From positions 2,837-66,836 of the forward strand of contig SUUJ01000008.1 of NCBI GenBank assembly GCA_015062585.1: DNA of 64,000 nucleotides, in the 5' to 3' direction. How positions within the stretch are numbered: the stretch's first letter is position 1; every line of letters starts with the position of its first letter. This DNA is from Alphaproteobacteria bacterium. GTDB lineage: Bacteria; Pseudomonadota; Alphaproteobacteria; RF32; CAG-239. The notes beneath the pieces were generated by a model. That model ran no database searches and was not told where the DNA came from. It saw nothing but the letters and a program-made list of their open reading frames with translations. The position numbers and the translations under genes are program-made. Positions 57,685-64,000 of this stretch are shown here, in pieces.

Positions 57685-58488
57685 TTATTTTTTATATGGT
57701 GGTTGGTTTAAGCCCTTTGGCGAATAGGTAAATACTTCAGCACCGTCTTTGGTTACGCCGAGCGAATGTTCAAATTGCGCAGATAAAGAACGGTCTTTAG
57801 TTACGGCCGTCCAATCATTAGTTAAGATAGTGGCCTCTTTTTTACCGAAATTTATCATAGGTTCAATGGTAAAAAACATACCTTCTTCAATACGAGGTCC
57901 GGTTCCTTTTTTGCCGCAGTGCATTACATTGGGTTCATCATGAAAAACTTTGCCCAAACCATGACCGCAAAACATATCGACAATCGAATAACCGTAATGA
58001 TGCGCAACTTCTTCGATTGCCGCGCCGATATCTCCGAAATAAGCCCCCGGTTTAACCGCATCGATTCCGCGCATTAAACATTCATAAGTTACATCGCACA
58101 ATCTCTTAGCCTTAACCGATGGTTTGCCGGCATAATACATTCTTGAAGTGTCACCATACCAACCGTCGACAATAACCGTAACATCAATATTTAGCATATC
58201 GCCGTTAAGCAATTTGCGCTCAGCTGAAGGAATACCGTGACAAATTTCATGATTTATGGAAATACAGGTAGATTTAGGATAACCTCTATATCCTAAACAA
58301 GCCGGAATTGCACCATGCTCTAAAATAAATTTTCGGCACAAATCATCCAAATATTCGGTTGTCACACCAACATCAACAAAATCGGTAATATAATCCAAAC
58401 ATTCGGCAGCCAGCTTTCCGGCTTTGCGCATTCCTTCAAAGTCTTTAGTTGTATATATAGTGATTCCGTCTTTATTTTTATTAGCCAT
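57685..58488 (-). CDS. map: methionine aminopeptidase type I
   Basis: CHGIP, NIDVT, GDTSR, GHGLG..FH, TIEPMIN and AQFEH motifs. Confidence 0.97.
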   Translation of the reverse strand: MANKNKDGITIYTTKDFEGMRKAGKLAAECLDYITDFVDVGVTTEYLDDLCRKFILEHGAIPACLGYRGYPKSTCISINHEICHGIPSAERKLLNGDMLNIDVTVIVDGWYGDTSRMYYAGKPSVKAKRLCDVTYECLMRGIDAVKPGAYFGDIGAAIEEVAHHYGYSIVDMFCGHGLGKVFHDEPNVMHCGKKGTGPRIEEGMFFTIEPMINFGKKEATILTNDWTAVTKDRSLSAQFEHSLGVTKDGAEVFTYSPKGLNQPPYKK

Positions 58489-58497
58489 GTTCTATCC

Positions 58498-59193
58498 TTA
58501 ATACAAAATATCCAATTTGTGATCTATTTCTATATTGTCCTTTTTGACACTACATCCGTAACAGATAAATTTTACGCCTGATTGAGCAGCTTTATAAACC
58601 GCGCCGGAAGCCAAAGTGCTGATATCCCAAACAAACTTTGCATCAAAGCAATCTTCTCGCGGTACTATCAAAAACACATATGTTTCATGACCTTGCTCTG
58701 TTTTGCGCATCAACTCTTCAAAAACTTTCATTTCAAAAAAATTGATAGTATGCGGAAATACGGCGTATGAATCTCTTTTCAAATATATAGATGAAGCATA
58801 AACAAAACATTTTTCACCTTTGCTATTTGATAATATAAAGTCAACCCCTGAGAATTTTTCACTATTTTCTAATATGGTACAATCCTCATATTTATCAAAT
58901 TCTTTTAAGAGGTCATTTTCAAAGGCTTCTAAAAAAAGCGTTTTGTCATATTTGGGATTAGCAAATACCAAAGTTCCGTCAACTTCAACAAAAGCAACAT
59001 TATATCGTACAATACGATGAGGGTTAGATGTTCTTTTCAGCCAAACGGTAGTACCTTTTTTGCATTGACCGGCAACATTCGGAGCACCGCAAAAAGCAAC
59101 TATTTTTTGTCCGTCCTCAAGTTTTGCATCAATCAGCAAATTGTTGCAAACTGCATCTACTGAGGCTCTCAAAAGTTTATATTTATATTCCAA
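58498..59193 (-). CDS. sfsA: SfsA-like protein (degenerate nuclease motif)
   Basis: SfsA length and layout with sfsA-map-radC synteny; DF.L retained but EVK replaced by YAS. Confidence 0.7.
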   Translation of the reverse strand: MEYKYKLLRASVDAVCNNLLIDAKLEDGQKIVAFCGAPNVAGQCKKGTTVWLKRTSNPHRIVRYNVAFVEVDGTLVFANPKYDKTLFLEAFENDLLKEFDKYEDCTILENSEKFSGVDFILSNSKGEKCFVYASSIYLKRDSYAVFPHTINFFEMKVFEELMRKTEQGHETYVFLIVPREDCFDAKFVWDISTLASGAVYKAAQSGVKFICYGCSVKKDNIEIDHKLDILY

Positions 59194-59271
59194 TTGCTAT
59201 AATCCCATTTAAAAAACTCAAACATTTCTTAAATTAAATGAAAATATTTAACATTTCAAGGAATAAACGCA

Positions 59272-59757
59272 ATGAAGCAGGTATTTAAATTTATTTACAC
59301 ATTTTCCGCCACTATGCTTACCGCGTATATTTGCTCGGTTTTTACTCAATCAGGCATAAGAGAATGGTACAATGCGGTTGAAAAACCGTTTTTGACACCG
59401 CCAAACATAGTATTTCCTATTGCGTGGTCGATATTGTATGTTTTGATTATGATATCAACATTTATGGTTTTGCGCGATGCCGATTCTTTTAATCGCAAAA
59501 AGGCCAATAACCTGTTTATAGTTCAGCTTTTTTTACAAATTTTGTGGTGTTTTACATTTTTTACGCAAGGGCATTTGGGCTTAGGTTTTGCCATAATACT
59601 TTTGCTTGATATGAGCGTGTTTGCCATGATAGTTGTATATGCCAAGGCAAACAAATTGGCTTCATATATGTTATATCCGTATTATTGGTGGCTTTTGTTT
59701 GCCAGTTTTATGAATTTTAATTTTGTTTATAAATATGGTTTGGTAATGGTTTTTTAA
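59272..59757 (+). CDS. tspO: TspO/MBR family membrane protein
   Basis: WY....KP..TPPN.VF..AW..LY and PY..WL.FA..N motifs. Confidence 0.88.
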   Translation: MKQVFKFIYTFSATMLTAYICSVFTQSGIREWYNAVEKPFLTPPNIVFPIAWSILYVLIMISTFMVLRDADSFNRKKANNLFIVQLFLQILWCFTFFTQGHLGLGFAIILLLDMSVFAMIVVYAKANKLASYMLYPYYWWLLFASFMNFNFVYKYGLVMVF

Positions 59758-59838
59758 GTGTTAAAAACACTTGCCAAGGTCAAAATTTTACATTACAAAT
59801 GAGAAGTTAATGTTTATTTTGATTTTTGGGAAGAAAAA

Positions 59839-62457
59839 ATGACTACAGTAAATGAAATCAGAAGTACTTTTTTGAAGTATTTTGAAAAGAACGGACATAA
59901 GATTTTGCCTTCATCATCTTTGGTCCCCAATAACGACCCGACTTTAATGTTTACCAACTCGGGAATGGTTCAATTCAAAAATATTTTCACCGGCAACGAA
60001 ACTGCCGCCTTCAAGCGCGCGGCGACCTCCCAAAAATCTGTACGAGCCGGCGGAAAGCATAACGATCTTGATGCTGTCGGTTATGATGTCAGACACCACA
60101 CATTTTTTGAAATGTTGGGCAACTTTTCTTTTGGCGATTATTTCAAAGACGAAGCCATAGCTTATGCTTGGGAATTGGTTACCAAAGAGTTCGGTATTGC
60201 TAAAGACAAATTAGCCGTAACATATTTTCATACTGACGAGGTTTCACGCGATATTTGGAAAAAAGTTTCCGGCTTACCTTCTGACAGAATTATACCGATT
60301 GCCACCAAAGACAATTTTTGGCAAATGGGCGATACCGGTCCTTGCGGTTACTGTTCTGAGATTTTTTATGATCATGGTCCCGAAGTTTGGGGCGGATTAC
60401 CGGGTACACCGGAAGAAGACGGCGATCGTTGGATAGAAATTTGGAATTTAGTGTTTGATGAGTTTGAAGATTTGCCTGACGGAACTCGTGTTAACCTAAA
60501 ACAGCGTTGTATTGATACCGGTATGGGCTTAGAGCGTATTTCGGCCATTTTGCAAGGCGTTCACTCTAACTATGAAATTGATTTATTTCAAAACTTAATA
60601 AAATCAATCGCCGATATGGCCAATTCAGACCCCAAAGGCAAGTTTGCCTCATCTCACAATGTGATTGCCGACCACTTGCGCTCTATGTCATTTTTGATTG
60701 CTGACGGCGTATTACCGTCAAACGAAGGCAGGGGCTATGTTTTGCGTCGTATTATGCGTCGAGCCATGCGCCATGTTCATATGCTCGGTGTTAACGAACC
60801 GATGATTTACAAACTATTGCCTTCATTACAAAAAGAAATGGGCGAAGCTTATCCCGAATTGATAAAAGCCGAAACTTTGATTTCTGAAACAATCAAAACC
60901 GAAGAAGAGCGCTTTATCAAAACTATGGAAAAAGGCTTAAAATTGCTCGATGACGAAACCAGAGATATGAGCGAGGGCGATTGTTTGGACGGTAAGGTCG
61001 CATTCAAACTTTATGATACTTACGGATTCCCGCTTGATTTAACTCAAGATGCCTTAAAATTGCGTAATATCAGTGTTGATGAAAAAGCTTTTAACGAGGC
61101 AATGGAAGCTCAAAAAGCTGAAGCTCGCAAAAATTGGGCTGGTTCGGGTGATGCCGGAACGGAAAAAGTTTGGTTTGAAATGCAAGACAAACATGGTTCA
61201 AGCGAATTTTTGGGTTATTCTACTTTGTCTGCTGACGGTCAAATTATTGCTTTGGTTAAAGACGGCGCTTTGGTTAACGAAGTCAAAGACGGCGAATTTT
61301 CATTACTTGCCAATCAAACACCGTTTTATGCCGAAATGGGCGGACAAGTCGGCGATATCGGTATTATCAAAGGTGCTGATTTTGAAGCCGAAGTTTATGA
61401 CACCAAAAAGAAATGCGAAGGACTTCATGTTCATATGTGCCGCATGATAAAAGGTGTTATCAAAGTCGATACTTCGGCAACTTTTGAGGTCAATGCCAAA
61501 AATCGTGATGCTATTCAGCGCAATCACACCGTAACTCACTTGTTGCACAAAGCTTTGCAAGAAAAATACGGCGCTTCGGTTACGCAAAAAGGTTCATTTG
61601 TGGCACCTGAAAGAATGCGTTTTGATATTGCTTATAACAAGCAAATTTCTTCTGATGAATTGCGTCAGCTTGAAGACAGAGTTAATGAGATGATTTCCTC
61701 AAGCTATGATGTTCAAACTAAAATTATGTCGCAGGAAGATGCAGTTAACTCCGGTGCTATGGCTTTGTTTGGCGAAAAATACGGCGACGAGGTTCGTGTT
61801 GTTTGCGTCGGCGACGGTGTTTCGGTAGAGCTTTGCGGTGGTACTCATGTTAAAAATACCGGCAATATCGGAAGCTTTTCTATTTTATCCGATTCTGCTA
61901 TTGCTGCCGGAGTGCGTCGCTTGGAATGTGTAACCGGTTGTGGTGCTGTTTCGCACACCAGAGATTTAGAGAATAAAGTTCACAATATCAGCCAACTTTT
62001 GAAAGTGGGAGTAAATGATATTGAAGAGCGTTTGGCTAATTTATTGGTTGAGCGCAAAGAAATGGAAGCCAAAATTTTTGAGTTAAAAAAACAGCTTGTC
62101 AGCGGTGGTGCCTCAGCTAAAGACGAAATAGAAGAAGTAAACGGCATTAAATTTGTGGCTAAAAAGTTAAGCGATATTCAGGCCAAAGAAATGAAAGCTA
62201 TTGTCGATGATATGAAAGACAAATATAAAGACAATGTTATTGTTGCGTTGTTTGCCGCTAATGAAGGTAAAGCTTCGGTTGTTATCGGTGTCAGTGATGA
62301 TATCAAAGGCAAGGTTTCTGCTGTTGACTTGGTTAAAAAAGTTGCTTCATATGTAGGTGCTCAAGGTGGCGGCGGTCGTCCTGATATGGCTCAGACCGGC
62401 GGAACGGATTGTTCTCGTTTTGATGAAGCAATTGCCGAAATTAAGAACTCACTTTAA
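59839..62457 (+). CDS. alaS: alanine--tRNA ligase
   Basis: RHHTFFEMLGNFSFGDYFK, DTGMGLER, NHTVTHLLH, ELCGGTH and GGGRPDMAQ motifs. Confidence 0.98.
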   Translation: MTTVNEIRSTFLKYFEKNGHKILPSSSLVPNNDPTLMFTNSGMVQFKNIFTGNETAAFKRAATSQKSVRAGGKHNDLDAVGYDVRHHTFFEMLGNFSFGDYFKDEAIAYAWELVTKEFGIAKDKLAVTYFHTDEVSRDIWKKVSGLPSDRIIPIATKDNFWQMGDTGPCGYCSEIFYDHGPEVWGGLPGTPEEDGDRWIEIWNLVFDEFEDLPDGTRVNLKQRCIDTGMGLERISAILQGVHSNYEIDLFQNLIKSIADMANSDPKGKFASSHNVIADHLRSMSFLIADGVLPSNEGRGYVLRRIMRRAMRHVHMLGVNEPMIYKLLPSLQKEMGEAYPELIKAETLISETIKTEEERFIKTMEKGLKLLDDETRDMSEGDCLDGKVAFKLYDTYGFPLDLTQDALKLRNISVDEKAFNEAMEAQKAEARKNWAGSGDAGTEKVWFEMQDKHGSSEFLGYSTLSADGQIIALVKDGALVNEVKDGEFSLLANQTPFYAEMGGQVGDIGIIKGADFEAEVYDTKKKCEGLHVHMCRMIKGVIKVDTSATFEVNAKNRDAIQRNHTVTHLLHKALQEKYGASVTQKGSFVAPERMRFDIAYNKQISSDELRQLEDRVNEMISSSYDVQTKIMSQEDAVNSGAMALFGEKYGDEVRVVCVGDGVSVELCGGTHVKNTGNIGSFSILSDSAIAAGVRRLECVTGCGAVSHTRDLENKVHNISQLLKVGVNDIEERLANLLVERKEMEAKIFELKKQLVSGGASAKDEIEEVNGIKFVAKKLSDIQAKEMKAIVDDMKDKYKDNVIVALFAANEGKASVVIGVSDDIKGKVSAVDLVKKVASYVGAQGGGGRPDMAQTGGTDCSRFDEAIAEIKNSL

Positions 62458-62459
62458 GA

Positions 62460-62490
62460 AAAAGCCCTCGAAAAAAATCGAGGGCTTTTT
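62460..62490. terminator. intrinsic terminator after alaS
   Basis: aaaagccctcga-aaaaaa-tcgagggctttt. Confidence 0.8.
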
Positions 62491-62583
62491 ATTACCTTTG
62501 TATAGATTAGATTTTTTGCTTAACTTTTGACTTTGCTTTGCTTAAAGTTAATAAAAAGAAGCCAATAAAAAGAATTGTTAAAA

Positions 62584-63960
62584 ATGGAAGATTTATTTAC
62601 CCAAAGCCCAAAAGCTCAAGATATACCCGAATTTAGCGTCAGCGAGATTTCGTTTGAAATAAAACGATTTGTCGAAACGGCTTTTGCTCGCGTTAGGGTA
62701 AAAGGCGAAATTTTTGGTGCCAAGCGAGCCGATTCAGGACATTGGTATTTGTCGCTAAAAGATGAAAATGCCACACTTTCGGCAGTTGTTTGGCGTGGCG
62801 TTGCTTCCAATCTGGCCATAAAACCCGAAGACGGGCTCGAGGTCGTAGCTACCGGAAAAATTACCACTTTTGCCGGCAAATCATCATATCAAATGGTCAT
62901 CGAATCAATGGAAGTTGCCGGAACCGGTGCTTTATTAAAATTATTGGAAGAACGCAAACAAGCATTCGCTAAAGAAGGCTTATTTGATGCAATTCATAAA
63001 AAAACAATTCCTTTCTTGCCCAAAACTATTGGCGTGGTAACTTCGGCTTCCGGTGCGGTAATCCGTGATATTATTCATAGAGTAAGGGACAGATTTCCTT
63101 CTCATATTTTGCTTATTCCTACCCCGGTACAAGGCGAGGGTGCTGCCGAAAAAATTGCTCAGGCGATTAAAGATTTTAACCGTCTTGATGAAATATCAAA
63201 TTATGACAAGCCGGATGTTTTGATTGTAGCGCGTGGTGGCGGAAGTTTGGAAGATTTGTGGCCCTTTAACGAAGAGTGTGTAATCAGAGCTGTTTTTGCC
63301 AGTCAAATTCCGATTATTTCGGCAGTCGGACACGAAACCGACACCATGTTAATTGATTATGTCGCGGATAAAAGAGCTCCCACTCCGACCGGTGCCGCTG
63401 AATTTGCTGTTCCGGTAAAAGCCGAACTTCAAGCTAATCTCAATAATTTGGAAGCTCGTTTAAAAAATTCGAAAATCAGATATTTTAACGAGCTTAACAA
63501 CATATTATCCGGGTTGGCTCGCGGTATTCCTAATTTGGAACAAATTTTACATGAAGCGACACAAAAATTTGATGACAGAATAGACCGGCTTAAAACAGCT
63601 TTTAAAAATTTGTTGCAAAACAAATTAAGCCAAATCGAACTTTGCGCAATAAAGCCGTTTTATATCAAAACAATTTTAGACAAGAACAAAGAAACCTTAA
63701 ACAATTTGGAATTGCGTCTAAACTCCGTTTCGGTTGAATCAGTCTTAAATCGTGGTTTTGCTTGGGTAAAAGATGATATGGGAAAAACAATATATTTGGC
63801 TGAAGAAGCCCAAAAAGATGAAAAGCTCGAAATCAAATTTGCCGACGGCAGTATTATTGCACATACCAAAGAACACAGCGACGAAATAACTAAAACAACA
63901 AAACTTACAAAAAAGGAAAAACATCAAAATGAAAAACAAATTTCTCTTTTCGATATTTAG
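62584..63960 (+). CDS. xseA: exodeoxyribonuclease VII large subunit
   Basis: SGHWY.SLKD, ARGGGSLEDLW.FN, SAVGHETD and RAPTPTGAAE motifs. Confidence 0.96.
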   Translation: MEDLFTQSPKAQDIPEFSVSEISFEIKRFVETAFARVRVKGEIFGAKRADSGHWYLSLKDENATLSAVVWRGVASNLAIKPEDGLEVVATGKITTFAGKSSYQMVIESMEVAGTGALLKLLEERKQAFAKEGLFDAIHKKTIPFLPKTIGVVTSASGAVIRDIIHRVRDRFPSHILLIPTPVQGEGAAEKIAQAIKDFNRLDEISNYDKPDVLIVARGGGSLEDLWPFNEECVIRAVFASQIPIISAVGHETDTMLIDYVADKRAPTPTGAAEFAVPVKAELQANLNNLEARLKNSKIRYFNELNNILSGLARGIPNLEQILHEATQKFDDRIDRLKTAFKNLLQNKLSQIELCAIKPFYIKTILDKNKETLNNLELRLNSVSVESVLNRGFAWVKDDMGKTIYLAEEAQKDEKLEIKFADGSIIAHTKEHSDEITKTTKLTKKEKHQNEKQISLFDI

Positions 63961-64000
63961 TGCGCTTTTTATAATTTCAAATGCCCAAGCTTTTGAACTT
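63929..64000 (+). CDS. secreted protein (partial, signal peptide only)
   Basis: MKNKFLFSIFSALFIISNAQA-FEL with AAGGA SD, overlapping the end of xseA. Confidence 0.55.
   Translation, partial: MKNKFLFSIFSALFIISNAQAFEL

Overview
This is AT-rich chromosomal DNA from an alphaproteobacterium, inferred from gene content and synteny (lgt/YbjN, acpP-fabF-mltG, mtaB-ftsY, tRNA-Thr next to murA, sfsA-map-radC). It is probably a host-associated fermenter, since it has L-LDH and an apparently inactivated SucCD. Core genes include yajC-secD-secF, the suf operon, sucCD, comF, queA, lgt, acpP/fabF/mltG, ftsY, murA, map, alaS and xseA. These are interleaved with accessory blocks of ORFans (4.3-6.3 kb, 33.5-36.9 kb, 39-53 kb), many with their own promoter and terminator. 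The most striking structure lies downstream of tRNA-Thr(GGT) at 49.1-53.4 kb. It has two ~170-bp tRNA-linked repeats, a pseudo-tRNA 5' copy, and three copies of a non-coding module separating unrelated cargo genes. The module is TCCGAT-N35/36-ATCGGA inverted repeat, hairpin, terminator, then a tRNA-3'-like TGGTGC...ATCGGA site, giving a putative tRNA-anchored gene-cassette array with no recombinase in the window. Other highlights are SucD with the catalytic His replaced by Tyr, a phage c4/CI-like antisense attenuator in front of a glycosyltransferase, and tandem ORFans whose structured 5' leaders and terminators are far more conserved than their proteins. All calls are by eye; no database search was run.
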